A DNA stretch of 64,000 bases from Bacteroidales bacterium (lineage in GTDB: Bacteria; Bacteroidota; Bacteroidia; Bacteroidales; BM520). The stretch is from NCBI GenBank assembly GCA_031276035.1, contig JAISNV010000033.1, positions 4,057 through 68,056 of the forward strand, written 5' to 3'. The notes under the pieces were generated by a model. It saw only the letters and a program-made list of their open reading frames with translations, was not told where the DNA came from and made no database searches. Numbering within the stretch: position 1 is the stretch's first letter; each line of letters starts with the position of its first letter. The position numbers were made by a program, and so were the translations under genes. Below are positions 50,206 through 60,502 of this stretch, in pieces.

Positions 50206-50282
50206 CAAAAGTATATATTATGCTATTTAATCTAAGATTAGATATTAATATAATTCGAATTAAAACATTCATAATAAAACAA

Positions 50283-52865
50283 ATGGGAAACCTAAGGTGT
50301 GAAAATATAAAAGAAAAAACTTCTATACGAAAGTCTTTTTATCTCATTTCAATCATTTCATTTTTAATAAACATTGTTGCATACTCGCAAACTATTGATG
50401 TTTCGGGAATTATCAAAGACTCAGCTACTTTGGAACCGATTAGCTTTGCAAACATCGTTTTTACCGGAACAAATATCGGTACTTGCTCAAATCTCGATGG
50501 AAGTTTCAACCTTAAAAATACGGCCGAAGCAACATCATTAACCGTTTCATTATTAGGATATCAGCAAACAGTGATTAATCTTACAGAAAATTATACGACA
50601 AATTTGGAAATTAAGCTCCCGATAGAAAGTGTTCAACTCGACGAATTCGTTATTACTGATAAAAAGAAGGTTTCATATTCAAAAAAGGATAATCCTGCGA
50701 TAGATTTTATGAGAGAAGTAATTGAAAGAAGAAAAGACAATAATATAGAATCTAAACCGTATTATCAAGTTGAACGTTATGAGAAATTTACTACATCCTT
50801 AAGTAATTTCGACAGCATCGGAAAGGTATTTCAAAGATTTAATTTTTTAAAAAGCAATATCGACACTTCGGCAATTGACGGCAAACCTATATTAACTTTA
50901 GCAATTAAAGAAACTGCTACGGATATTTATTACAGAAAAATGCCAAATACAAAGAAGGAAATCGACAAGGCGCAACGCTCCGAAGGAATCGGTAAAGATT
51001 TGGATGAAAGCATTAATTATAATATACAAGAATTATTCCGCGGGATCAATCTCTACGATAACAACATAAAACTCCTGCAATATTATTTCATCAGTCCACT
51101 ATCCTCTTCAATGGCTTTATCGTTTTACAAATATTATATTGTTGATACTCTTACTATTGATGGCATCGAATGTATGGAAATGGCATTCTTTCCGTATAAT
51201 CATCAAAGTATGGGATTTATCGGTACACTATATATAACTCTCGATGGAAATTATTCTTTGAAAAAAGCAGATTTAGTTGTTCCGGAGAAAATCAATTTGA
51301 ATTTTGCCAAAAACTTACACATCTCACAGACTTTCGAGCAGTTAAATGACAATATTTCGGTTTTAATAGAAGAGAATTTATACGTGAATATGTATCTGTT
51401 TAGGAATATTCCAGAAGTTCAGATAAATCAATTCCGGACGTATAAAAATTATAATTTCGAAAGTTTTGATAATACTATTTTTAATATTTCACAACAAAAT
51501 TCATTTACATCAGATAATAAGTTAATTATGTCTGATGAATTTTGGACAAATATACGACCGGTTCCATTAAAACAAAAAGAACTCGGAGTTAAAAAACTTT
51601 TTACGCAAATTCAAGAAATTCCTCTTTACAAAACAGTTGTAAGAATCAGCGATTTTATTTCTTCAGGATACTTTTTGACAGGAGGAAGCAGGGATAAAAG
51701 CATGTTTGATATTGGTCCGCTGCCGAGTATTTTCTCAATAAACGACATTGAAGGATGCAGGTTTAAGCTTGGCATAATGACAACGGCAAATTTAAACAGC
51801 AATGTTTTTGTAAGCGGTTATGCGGCTTATGGTATCAGGGATAATAAATTCAAGTACGGCGGAACTTTATCTTATTCTTTTGATAAAAAGAACTACCATC
51901 CTCTGGAATTCCCGCGTAATAATTTAACCCTAACATATAACTATGATCTGTTTACATTAGGTTCGGTTTTCAGTGATTTTCAAAAAGATGATTTTTTAAT
52001 TTCTTGGAAAGTCGGCGATCCTATTACAAAAGCATCTTATATCCGCACGATTTCAATAGGATATGAAAAAGATTTCAGTAGAGATTTCAATTTCAGGGTT
52101 ACTTTGAAAAATCAAGTTGATACGCCTACAGGTAGTTTGATTTACAGACTAAATTCGGAGGATCCTATATCAAACATTAATCTTTTGAGAACAACCGAAC
52201 TCGGTTTACACCTTAAATATACAATTGGCGCTACGCCGTATAACGGATTAAATTCCGCCATGAATTTATCGAAAGATGTTGTTGAGTTTACACTCTCCCA
52301 TTATATAGGAATCCAAGGACTTTTCGGCGGACAATATCATTATGAACATACGGAAATAGCTTTTAAGAAAAGTATCAATTTGGCTGCATTCGGATATCTT
52401 AATGCTCACATAAAAGCCGGAATGGTCTGGACACCGGTTCCGTTTCCACTATTAATTTTCCCAAACGCCACACAATCGGTTATCATGCAGTCTGATGCTT
52501 TCAACACAATGAATGCTCTTGAGTTTGTTATGGATAAACATTTAAGCGTTAATTTAACCTATCATCTAAACGGCCTTATTTTTAACCGCATTCCGTATTT
52601 TAATTTTTTAAAACTCAGAGAAGTTGTTTCTTTCAACGGTGTTTGGGGTGCATTATCAGACAAGAACAATCCCGACATTTCTTCCGGTTTATTTATATTA
52701 CCCGAAGGAACAAGTGCAATAGGAAAAGTTCCATTTATGGAAATGAGTTTCGGTATAGAAAACATCTTCAAGGTATTTAGAATCGATTACGTTCATCGTC
52801 TAACATACAATAACGGTACAAAACACAGAGGCGGAGTAAGGTTCACTTTCGGAATAAACTTTTGA
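50283..52865 (+). CDS. Carboxypeptidase-regulatory-like domain protein (DUF5686-type, probably outer-membrane associated)
   Basis: A signal-like segment (FYLISIISFLINIVAYSQ) precedes IDVSGIIKDSATLEPISFANIVFTGTNIGTCSNLDGSFNLK, a CarboxypepD_reg fold motif. The long C-terminal region is beta-rich. Confidence 0.65.
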   Translation: MGNLRCENIKEKTSIRKSFYLISIISFLINIVAYSQTIDVSGIIKDSATLEPISFANIVFTGTNIGTCSNLDGSFNLKNTAEATSLTVSLLGYQQTVINLTENYTTNLEIKLPIESVQLDEFVITDKKKVSYSKKDNPAIDFMREVIERRKDNNIESKPYYQVERYEKFTTSLSNFDSIGKVFQRFNFLKSNIDTSAIDGKPILTLAIKETATDIYYRKMPNTKKEIDKAQRSEGIGKDLDESINYNIQELFRGINLYDNNIKLLQYYFISPLSSSMALSFYKYYIVDTLTIDGIECMEMAFFPYNHQSMGFIGTLYITLDGNYSLKKADLVVPEKINLNFAKNLHISQTFEQLNDNISVLIEENLYVNMYLFRNIPEVQINQFRTYKNYNFESFDNTIFNISQQNSFTSDNKLIMSDEFWTNIRPVPLKQKELGVKKLFTQIQEIPLYKTVVRISDFISSGYFLTGGSRDKSMFDIGPLPSIFSINDIEGCRFKLGIMTTANLNSNVFVSGYAAYGIRDNKFKYGGTLSYSFDKKNYHPLEFPRNNLTLTYNYDLFTLGSVFSDFQKDDFLISWKVGDPITKASYIRTISIGYEKDFSRDFNFRVTLKNQVDTPTGSLIYRLNSEDPISNINLLRTTELGLHLKYTIGATPYNGLNSAMNLSKDVVEFTLSHYIGIQGLFGGQYHYEHTEIAFKKSINLAAFGYLNAHIKAGMVWTPVPFPLLIFPNATQSVIMQSDAFNTMNALEFVMDKHLSVNLTYHLNGLIFNRIPYFNFLKLREVVSFNGVWGALSDKNNPDISSGLFILPEGTSAIGKVPFMEMSFGIENIFKVFRIDYVHRLTYNNGTKHRGGVRFTFGINF

Positions 52866-53058
52866 TTAGTTGGCTATTGACAATCGGCAACCGCAATTCG
52901 TAATTAGCAATCAATAATCCTAAAATAAAATTTTTCGGATATTTAAATTTCACAATATAGAATCCAAAATACATAAGGGCTGATTCAACTTTTCAGTCAA
53001 ATCTTTATTGTAATCCGTTAAATTTTCCTAATAACAATATTTCATATTAAAATAATAT

Positions 53059-53066
53059 TATTTTTG
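53059..53066 (+). promoter_or_regulatory. -7 promoter box for the efflux operon
   Basis: TATTTTTG lies 58 nt upstream of the ATG at 53125. Confidence 0.4.
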
Positions 53067-53124
53067 CGTTTTAAATTTAGTTTTTAAATCTGAATTTAAA
53101 ATTTTAATTTAAATTTAAGTTAAA

Positions 53125-53751
53125 ATGGAAAAACAAAAACAAACAACGGAAGAGCAAATTCTTGAAGCTGCTGAAAAAGTTTTTTTGGAAAAAGGTTTTA
53201 ACAACACTAAAATCAGCGATATTGCAAAATCAGCAGGAGCAAATAATGCACTTATCAATTATTATTTCCGTTCGAAAGAAAATCTTTTCAACAAAGTGCT
53301 TACCAACAAAATCGAATTTTTAGCGAATGCTATGGAATATGTTTTGGATCAGGATTTATCTTTTGAAGATATGATTAAGCACTTTAGCGAAGCGCAATTC
53401 GATTTTTTCAAAGAAAATGAAGCATTATTGAGGTTTATATTTAATGAGATATTACCTAATGAGTCGAGAATAAATATGTTCAGACAAAACATTATTCCTG
53501 TTGTATTACAAGCCAGTGCGCAATTAGACAAACGTTTGCAAGAAGAAATTACGGCAGGTCGTGTGCGGAATATCAAAATGTTCGATTTATTATATACAAT
53601 GATTTCATTAAATATACTTTGTTTTGTAATAAGACCGATAATTATGGGAACCGGAGAAGATGAAAACTCCATTACCGAACACTTCTCTCAAGTTATGGAA
53701 AATAGAAAAGAAAAGAACGTTGAAATAATAATGAGTTATTTAAAGATTTAG
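53125..53751 (+). CDS. TetR/AcrR-family transcriptional regulator
   Basis: The N-terminal HTH is ILEAAEKVFLEKGFNNTKISDIAKSAGANNALINYYFRSKENLF. Confidence 0.9.
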   Translation: MEKQKQTTEEQILEAAEKVFLEKGFNNTKISDIAKSAGANNALINYYFRSKENLFNKVLTNKIEFLANAMEYVLDQDLSFEDMIKHFSEAQFDFFKENEALLRFIFNEILPNESRINMFRQNIIPVVLQASAQLDKRLQEEITAGRVRNIKMFDLLYTMISLNILCFVIRPIIMGTGEDENSITEHFSQVMENRKEKNVEIIMSYLKI

Positions 53752-53754
53752 TTT

Positions 53755-55029
53755 ATGATGAAGAAAATATTTTTTTCAATATTAATTTGTGGTTTTGCAG
53801 TCTCATTGCAAGGACAATTAACTTTGGAATATTGTCATGAAAGAGCAAAAGCAAATTATCCGTTAATTAAACAATATGATTTAATTGAACAATCAAAAAA
53901 GTATAATATTGCTCAAATAAACAAGTCTTATATACCACAACTATCTTTGAACGGTAAAGTTACATGGCAATCGGATGTTACGGAATTTCCCGAAGAATTT
54001 TCGGATATGTTGGAACAAATGAATGTGTCAATAGACTTTCCCGGGCAGGATCAATATAATTTTGCTTTGGAATTGAGGCAAACAATCTGGGACGGTGGCG
54101 CAACCGGCACACAGAAAAAGATTATCAATTCTCAAAATGAAATTGAAAAATATAATCTGGAAGTAAATATGTATGCACTAACGGATCAAATTAATCAGCT
54201 TTATTTTTCTATTTTGTTAATTGACGAACAAATGCGTCAGAATACGCTTTTAAAACAAGAATTGGAACGAAACTACAACTTAGTAAGTACTTATATTAAA
54301 AATGGTGTTGCCCAACAATCGGATTTGGATGAGATAAAAGTTGAAATGCTTTCGGCCGAACAACGTGATACCGAAATGAAAACGTCTAAAAAAACTTTCA
54401 AGAAAATGCTTAGCGCTTTTATCGCAGAAGAAATTACTGATAATATTGTTTTAGAAAAACCTAAGGCGGAACTCAGCATAAGCGAAACAATAAATCGTCC
54501 GGAATTGAAACTTTACGATTCGCAAATCCAATTATATGAAACCCGAAGTAAACAATTGTGGAGCAACGGAATGCCGCGTATCGCACTTTTTGCACAAGGA
54601 GCTTACGGAAATCCCGGACTTAACATGTTTGAAAGCGGATTTACTCCATATTTTATAGGCGGTGTACAACTTTCTTGGAATTTCGGCGGACTATATACTA
54701 ATAATGATGAAAAGAAAACTTTCAATCTGCAAAAGCAACAAACTGAAGTTCAAAGAGAAGTATTTCTTTTCAATTTAAAACAAAAATTAGTTCAACAAGA
54801 TAGTGAAATAGAAAAACTTCAAAACTTACTTGAAAATGATGACGAAATTATTCGTTTACGTGAAGATATTCAGAAAACTGCGGAAGTAAAAGTTGAAAAC
54901 GGCACAATGAATGTAAATGATTTACTTCAATATATAAATACTACCAGTATTGCACGACAAAATAAAGCTTACCATGAAATACAGTTATTAATGGCTATTT
55001 GGCAAAGACAATCAATAGTTAATAATTAA
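53755..55029 (+). CDS. TolC-family outer-membrane efflux protein
   Basis: A signal peptide is present, followed by LTLEYCHERAKANYPLIKQ and two coiled-coil/beta repeats. Length is 424 aa. Confidence 0.85.
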   Translation: MMKKIFFSILICGFAVSLQGQLTLEYCHERAKANYPLIKQYDLIEQSKKYNIAQINKSYIPQLSLNGKVTWQSDVTEFPEEFSDMLEQMNVSIDFPGQDQYNFALELRQTIWDGGATGTQKKIINSQNEIEKYNLEVNMYALTDQINQLYFSILLIDEQMRQNTLLKQELERNYNLVSTYIKNGVAQQSDLDEIKVEMLSAEQRDTEMKTSKKTFKKMLSAFIAEEITDNIVLEKPKAELSISETINRPELKLYDSQIQLYETRSKQLWSNGMPRIALFAQGAYGNPGLNMFESGFTPYFIGGVQLSWNFGGLYTNNDEKKTFNLQKQQTEVQREVFLFNLKQKLVQQDSEIEKLQNLLENDDEIIRLREDIQKTAEVKVENGTMNVNDLLQYINTTSIARQNKAYHEIQLLMAIWQRQSIVNN

Positions 55030-55109
55030 CTGTATGGAATATAAGAGATTCCGAAACCAAAATTCATAAAGTATTTTCAATTTTTCTAATAATAATTTAA
55101 CAAAAAAAT

Positions 55110-56027
55110 ATGATAAAAGAATTTAATTTAACAATTGCAAAATTTGTAATGGTATGTTTTATAATAATGCCGTTATATTCATGCCAGCGTAATGGAGTAC
55201 ATTATGATGCCTCAGGAACTTTTGAAACAACGGAGATTATTGTTTCTTCGGAAGCAACGGGAAAGATTCTGTATTTGGATATTAACGAAGGAGATGAAGT
55301 AACTGAAAATCAATTACTAGGAGTTATAGACACAACCCAATTATATCTTTCTAAGTTGCAATTGCAAAGCAATATTAAAGCAGCTAAGACCCGCAAAACA
55401 AATGTAAATACGCAAATTGCAGTTTTTGAAGAACAATTGTCAACAGCAAAAAAGGAAAAACAACGTATTGAAAAACTTCTTGAAGCAAACGCTGCTAACA
55501 GTAAAGATTTAGACGACATAAACGCACAAATCGCTTTGCTTGACAAACAAATTGCGGCTCAACGTTCATCAATGGTAAGAGGAAATATGAGTATTAATGA
55601 GGAGAGCAGTGCATTGGAAATTCAAATTGCGCAATTGGACGACCATCTGGAAAAATCTTATATTATCAGTCCTATAAACGGAATTGTTTTAGTAAAATAC
55701 TCTGAAAAAGGTGAAATGGCAACACAAGGAAAAGCACTTTTTAAAGTTGCAAACACAAATGAAATGATCCTCAGGGCTTATGTAAGTGCCGGTCAGTTCA
55801 CAGAATTGAAATTAGGACAGGAAGTCAAGGTATTCGCCGATTTCGGAGATAAAGGTACAAAAGAATATAACGGCGTCCTGACTTGGATTTCCGAAAAAGC
55901 CGAATTTACTCCGAAAACAGTACAAACCCGCGATGAAAGATCGAATCTGGTTTACGCGGTAAAAATAGCAGTAAAGAACGACGGGTACCTGAAAATTGGA
56001 ATGTACGCAGGCGTGAATTTTAATTAA
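55110..56027 (+). CDS. HlyD-family periplasmic adaptor (membrane fusion protein)
   Basis: An N-terminal anchor, a lipoyl-like hairpin (GKILYLDINEGDEVTENQLLGVID), a coiled coil and a beta-barrel C-terminus are present. Confidence 0.85.
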   Translation: MIKEFNLTIAKFVMVCFIIMPLYSCQRNGVHYDASGTFETTEIIVSSEATGKILYLDINEGDEVTENQLLGVIDTTQLYLSKLQLQSNIKAAKTRKTNVNTQIAVFEEQLSTAKKEKQRIEKLLEANAANSKDLDDINAQIALLDKQIAAQRSSMVRGNMSINEESSALEIQIAQLDDHLEKSYIISPINGIVLVKYSEKGEMATQGKALFKVANTNEMILRAYVSAGQFTELKLGQEVKVFADFGDKGTKEYNGVLTWISEKAEFTPKTVQTRDERSNLVYAVKIAVKNDGYLKIGMYAGVNFN

Positions 56028-56038
56028 TTGTTAATTTC

Positions 56039-56956
56039 ATGATTGAAACTATCAACATTTCAAAAAGATATAAAAAAGTTCAAGCTTTAAAAGGCATTAC
56101 TTTCGAAGTTAACGAAGGAGAAATTTTCGGGATAATCGGTCCCGATGGTGCGGGTAAAACCACTCTGTTTCGTATTCTCACGACTTTGCTTCTCGCTGAT
56201 GAAGGTACTGCAATCGTCGATGGCTTGGATGTTGTAAAAGATTACGAGGAAATTCGCTTACGTGTTGGATATATGCCGGGTAGATTTTCTTTATATCAGG
56301 ATTTGACGGTAGAAGAGAATTTGAATTTTTACGCAAGGATTTTCAATACAACTATTCAAGAAAATTACGAATTGGTTAAAGACATTTATCAACATCTCGA
56401 ACCTTTTAAAGGAAGGCGTGCCGGCGCTTTATCAGGCGGTATGAAACAAAAACTTGCATTATGCTGTGCCCTGATTCATCGTCCGACAATTTTGTTTTTA
56501 GACGAGCCTACAACCGGAATAGATCCTGTTTCAAGAAAAGAATTATGGCAAATGCTACGAAGATTGAAAGATCAAAGAATTACAATTATCGTATCAACAC
56601 CTTACATGGACGAAGCGAGTTTATGTGATAGAATCGCACTAATTCAACAAGGAGTTTTTCTGAAAATAAATACGCCCGCAAATATTGTAAAAGATTTCGA
56701 AGGCACGCTTTGGAGTGTCTCCGCCGATAATATGTCAAAACTATTACAAGACCTGCGACAACACAATGGAATAATAACCGTGTATGCTTTCGGCGATACC
56801 CATCACATTACCGTTGATAGTAAGAAAATCACAATTGACGGAATAAAAGCAGATTTAGAAAGTTTAGGATATAACGAAATAGAGGTGAAAGAGATTGAAG
56901 CCGGAATTGAAGATTGCTTTATGGCACTTGTTCCGAGAGAGACAAATGAAAATTAA
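56039..56956 (+). CDS. ABC transporter ATP-binding protein (ABC-2/YbhF-like, first copy)
   Basis: Walker A is GPDGAGKTT, the signature is LSGGMKQK, and Walker B is ILFLDEPTTGID. Confidence 0.92.
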   Translation: MIETINISKRYKKVQALKGITFEVNEGEIFGIIGPDGAGKTTLFRILTTLLLADEGTAIVDGLDVVKDYEEIRLRVGYMPGRFSLYQDLTVEENLNFYARIFNTTIQENYELVKDIYQHLEPFKGRRAGALSGGMKQKLALCCALIHRPTILFLDEPTTGIDPVSRKELWQMLRRLKDQRITIIVSTPYMDEASLCDRIALIQQGVFLKINTPANIVKDFEGTLWSVSADNMSKLLQDLRQHNGIITVYAFGDTHHITVDSKKITIDGIKADLESLGYNEIEVKEIEAGIEDCFMALVPRETNEN

Positions 56957-57067
56957 TCGTTAATAACGAATGAAATATGTTAGTTTAAAACTATTTAATA
57001 TTAAGACTGTTAATCAACTCAGTAAAGACTTCAAAAGATTAATCAAATATGTATTTTAATTATTAAA

Positions 57068-57835
57068 ATGAAAGTTTCAAAAAACAATTATCAATTGTCA
57101 ATCCATGCAAGCGAATTGACAAAGATCTTCGGTAGTTTTACTGCTGTTGATAAAATTTCTTTTGAGGTTGAAAAAGGCGAGATTTTCGGTTTTCTGGGAG
57201 CAAACGGCGCCGGAAAAACTACTGCTATGCGCATGCTTTGCGGACTTAGTAAACCGACATCGGGAGAAGCTTCTGTAGCCGGATTTAATATTAGAACACA
57301 ATCCGAAGATATTAAGAAAAATATAGGATATATGAGCCAAAAATTTGCATTGTATGAAAACTTAAAAGTATGGGAGAATATTCGTCTTTATGCCGGAATA
57401 TACGGATTGAAAGGAAAAGAAATCAGTAAAAGTACTGATGAAATGTTGGCTCGGTTAGGTTTTGAAAGCGAAAAAAACACACTCGTAAAAGAACTTCCGC
57501 TCGGATGGAAACAGAAGCTGGCTTTCTCTGTATCAATCATACATAGTCCGCAAATTGTTTTTCTGGATGAACCCACCGGCGGCGTTGATCCTGTAACACG
57601 CCGGCAATTCTGGGAATTGATATACCAGGCTGCCGACAAAGGAATTACTGTTTTTGTAACCACTCATTATATGGACGAAGCGGAATATTGCAAAAGAATA
57701 TCTATTATGGTTGACGGTCGTATCGAAGCTCTTGACACACCGAAAAGATTAAAACAAAACTTTAATGCAAACAGCATGGACGAGGTTTTTCAAGAACTGG
57801 CAAGAAAATCTAAATATATTGACAGTTTAAGTTAA
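57068..57835 (+). CDS. ABC transporter ATP-binding protein (ABC-2/YbhF-like, second copy)
   Basis: Walker A is GANGAGKTT, the signature-like block is LPLGWKQK, and Walker B is IVFLDEPTGGVD. Confidence 0.92.
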   Translation: MKVSKNNYQLSIHASELTKIFGSFTAVDKISFEVEKGEIFGFLGANGAGKTTAMRMLCGLSKPTSGEASVAGFNIRTQSEDIKKNIGYMSQKFALYENLKVWENIRLYAGIYGLKGKEISKSTDEMLARLGFESEKNTLVKELPLGWKQKLAFSVSIIHSPQIVFLDEPTGGVDPVTRRQFWELIYQAADKGITVFVTTHYMDEAEYCKRISIMVDGRIEALDTPKRLKQNFNANSMDEVFQELARKSKYIDSLS

Positions 57836-57993
57836 TAACAGTAATAATGTAAATTGCAAAATTTGAAATAAACTAACATGTAAATTTTGAAGATTATGTA
57901 ATTATGTAATTCCGTATATATGAATATTTCTATCGAAAAATATAATTCTCTGATGTTGAAATTACATAAAACCGGAGTGATACCAAAGACCAA

Positions 57994-59124
57994 TTGAAAT
58001 TTATGAAAAACAGAAAAATAGCGGCGTTTGGAACCTTTGTACGAAAAGAATTTCTGCATATTTTCAGAGATATGTGGACTACGCTTATTTTGTTGTTACT
58101 ACCAATTTTGATGACAATTCTTATCGGTTTCGGAATTTCAACTGAGATAAAAAATGCGTCGGTAGCAATAATGGATACTTCGCAGGATGTAGCAACTCAA
58201 GGCATAATCAACAAATTATCCACCAGCGAATATTTCAATATTACTCATTATGTTAATACGGAAGAAGAAATCGAAGATTTATTTAAGAGAAATAAAATAG
58301 GAATGGCTGTTATTTTCAGTGAAAGATTCTACGAAAATATGCTTCATACGGGAGAAGCGCAGGTTTTAATTCTTGCAGACGCAACCGACCCTAATACCGC
58401 CAGCACCCTAAGCACATACGCATCTATGTTAATCGCATCATATCAAACAGATATAAATAAAAACCTGGGAAATATGCCGTATCAAATTACTCCGGAAATA
58501 CAATTGCTCTACAATCCGAGTATGAAAGGTTCCTACAGTACAACTCCGGGCGTATTGGGATTAGTATTAATTCTAATTTGTGCCATGATGACATCCGTTT
58601 CTATTGTAAAGGAAAAACAGGTAGGAACAATGGAAATACTATTGGTTTCGCCACTAAAACCAATGACCATTATTGTTGCAAAAACAATCCCCTACTTCAC
58701 AATTTCATTCATCAATTTAGCAACAATTCTATTGCTGTCGTACTTTGCATTAGGAGTACCTATTGTCGGCAACTTTGCTTTATTAATCGGCGTTTGTGTA
58801 TTATATATTATTGTGTCATTAGCTTTCGGATTGCTGATTTCTACCGTTGTTTCCTCACAATTAGTCGCCATGCTTATCTCAGGTTTAGTTTTGATGATGC
58901 CCGTTATGATGCTTTCCGGATTGATTTTTCCCGTTGATAATATGCCTTTGGTTTTACAATGGGTTTCGCATATTGTCCCCGCAAAATGGTTTATCATGGC
59001 AGTAAAAAGTGTAATGATTAAAGGCGCCGGATTCAAAGCAATTTACGTTGAGTTTTCAATCTTGCTTGGAATGGCGATTTTATTACTGACGATCAGTATT
59101 AAAAAATTTAAGAATCGATTATAA
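57994..59124 (+). CDS. ABC-2 type transporter permease (YbhS/YbhR-like)
   Basis: One N-terminal TM segment and a large loop are followed by 5 C-terminal TM segments. The EKEKQVGTMEILLVSP-like motif is present as VKEKQVGTMEILLVSP. Confidence 0.88.
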   Translation: MKFMKNRKIAAFGTFVRKEFLHIFRDMWTTLILLLLPILMTILIGFGISTEIKNASVAIMDTSQDVATQGIINKLSTSEYFNITHYVNTEEEIEDLFKRNKIGMAVIFSERFYENMLHTGEAQVLILADATDPNTASTLSTYASMLIASYQTDINKNLGNMPYQITPEIQLLYNPSMKGSYSTTPGVLGLVLILICAMMTSVSIVKEKQVGTMEILLVSPLKPMTIIVAKTIPYFTISFINLATILLLSYFALGVPIVGNFALLIGVCVLYIIVSLAFGLLISTVVSSQLVAMLISGLVLMMPVMMLSGLIFPVDNMPLVLQWVSHIVPAKWFIMAVKSVMIKGAGFKAIYVEFSILLGMAILLLTISIKKFKNRL

Positions 59125-59281
59125 ACAAATAGTAAAATATTATAAATCCTAATTTTGATAATTAAAAATAAAAAATAAAATCATATTATATTTCCGGTTA
59201 TAAAAACAGATAAAAATCTATGAAATTTATTAATAAATATTATATCAAAACCACCTAATAGCACGAATTTAATTATTATCT

Positions 59282-60394
59282 ATGTTAAAATATCTTTTAG
59301 AAAAGGAATTTAAGCTGTTTTTTCGAAACAAATTCTTGCCGAATCTTGTGATTTTCCTACCATTTATTGCATTGGCGGTTTTTCCATTAGTGGCAAACTT
59401 AGATATTAGAAATCTTTCGGTTGCGGTTGTTGATCATGATAAAAGTCCGTACTCAAGACAATTAACAGATAAAATTTTATCATCAACATATTTCAAATTC
59501 TCCGGAAGTTTTGACAACTATAATAATGCTTTGGAAAGTGTTGAAAACGACAAGGCCGATTTAATTCTCGAAATTCCATTAAATTTTGAAAAAAATCTTG
59601 TCAAAGACGGGAATACACAAGTTTTCATTGCAATAAACGCCGTTGACGGAGTAAAAGGTGGAATGGGAAGTTCATATCTTACAGGCATAATATCCGATTT
59701 CAATCAAAACATTCAAACAGAATGGATTCAACCATCATCACGATTATCAATACCGCAAATAGATATCCGTCCTGTATATCTTTATAATCCGACATTACAA
59801 TACATCTATTTTATGATTCCGGCGATTATTGTCATGATTATGGCTATGTTATGCGGTTTTCTCCCCGCTCTTAATATCGTTGAAGAAAAGGAAAACGGCA
59901 CAATTGAGCAAATAAACGTTACTCCTGTAAGAAAATCTACATTCATATTATCAAAATTAATCCCATATTGGATAATCGGATTTGTTGTAATAAATATATG
60001 CATCGGTGTATCATGGCTTTTCTACGGATTTCTACCTAAAGGTTCAATTCTTACAATTTACTTGTTTTCAATAATATTTATCTTTACATTCTGCGGAATG
60101 GGTCTGGTTGTATCTAATTATGCCAATACAATTCAGCAGGCAATGTTTATCATGTTTTTCTTTATCACAACATTTATTTTCTTGAGTGGACTTTTCACTC
60201 CGTTTACAAACATGCCGCAATGGACACAAACACTCGGAGTAATCAGTCCGCTGAAATATATAATCGAAGTAACACGAATGGTTTATCTCAAAGGTGCAGT
60301 ATTTATGGAGATGATTCCACAATTTGTCTCGCTTTTAGTATTAGCTATTCTCTTTAACGGCTGGGCAATATTGAGTTATAAAAAGAGAGCATAA
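59282..60394 (+). CDS. ABC-2 type transporter permease (YbhS/YbhR-like)
   Basis: The topology matches the preceding permease, and the VEEKENGTIEQINVTP motif is present. Confidence 0.88.
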   Translation: MLKYLLEKEFKLFFRNKFLPNLVIFLPFIALAVFPLVANLDIRNLSVAVVDHDKSPYSRQLTDKILSSTYFKFSGSFDNYNNALESVENDKADLILEIPLNFEKNLVKDGNTQVFIAINAVDGVKGGMGSSYLTGIISDFNQNIQTEWIQPSSRLSIPQIDIRPVYLYNPTLQYIYFMIPAIIVMIMAMLCGFLPALNIVEEKENGTIEQINVTPVRKSTFILSKLIPYWIIGFVVINICIGVSWLFYGFLPKGSILTIYLFSIIFIFTFCGMGLVVSNYANTIQQAMFIMFFFITTFIFLSGLFTPFTNMPQWTQTLGVISPLKYIIEVTRMVYLKGAVFMEMIPQFVSLLVLAILFNGWAILSYKKRA

Positions 60395-60470
60395 CCGACT
60401 TAATAATTGAAGAAAGATAATTAGCTCGTAATTTTTGATTTTTTATAATCCGGTCAACAAAACATTTTTT

Positions 60471-60478
60471 TATTTTTG
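60471..60478 (+). promoter_or_regulatory. -7 promoter box for the MBL hydrolase gene
   Basis: TATTTTTG lies 24 nt upstream of the ATG at 60503. Confidence 0.45.
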
Positions 60479-60502
60479 TATTTAATTTTAAACTGAATAA
60501 TA

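Noticed and set aside
53096-53107. The TTAAAATTTTAA palindrome and nearby TTTAAAT words could be the TetR operator.
   Set aside because: The sequence is pure A/T low complexity in a spacer of about 15% GC, where palindromes of this kind arise by chance. There is no support beyond position.
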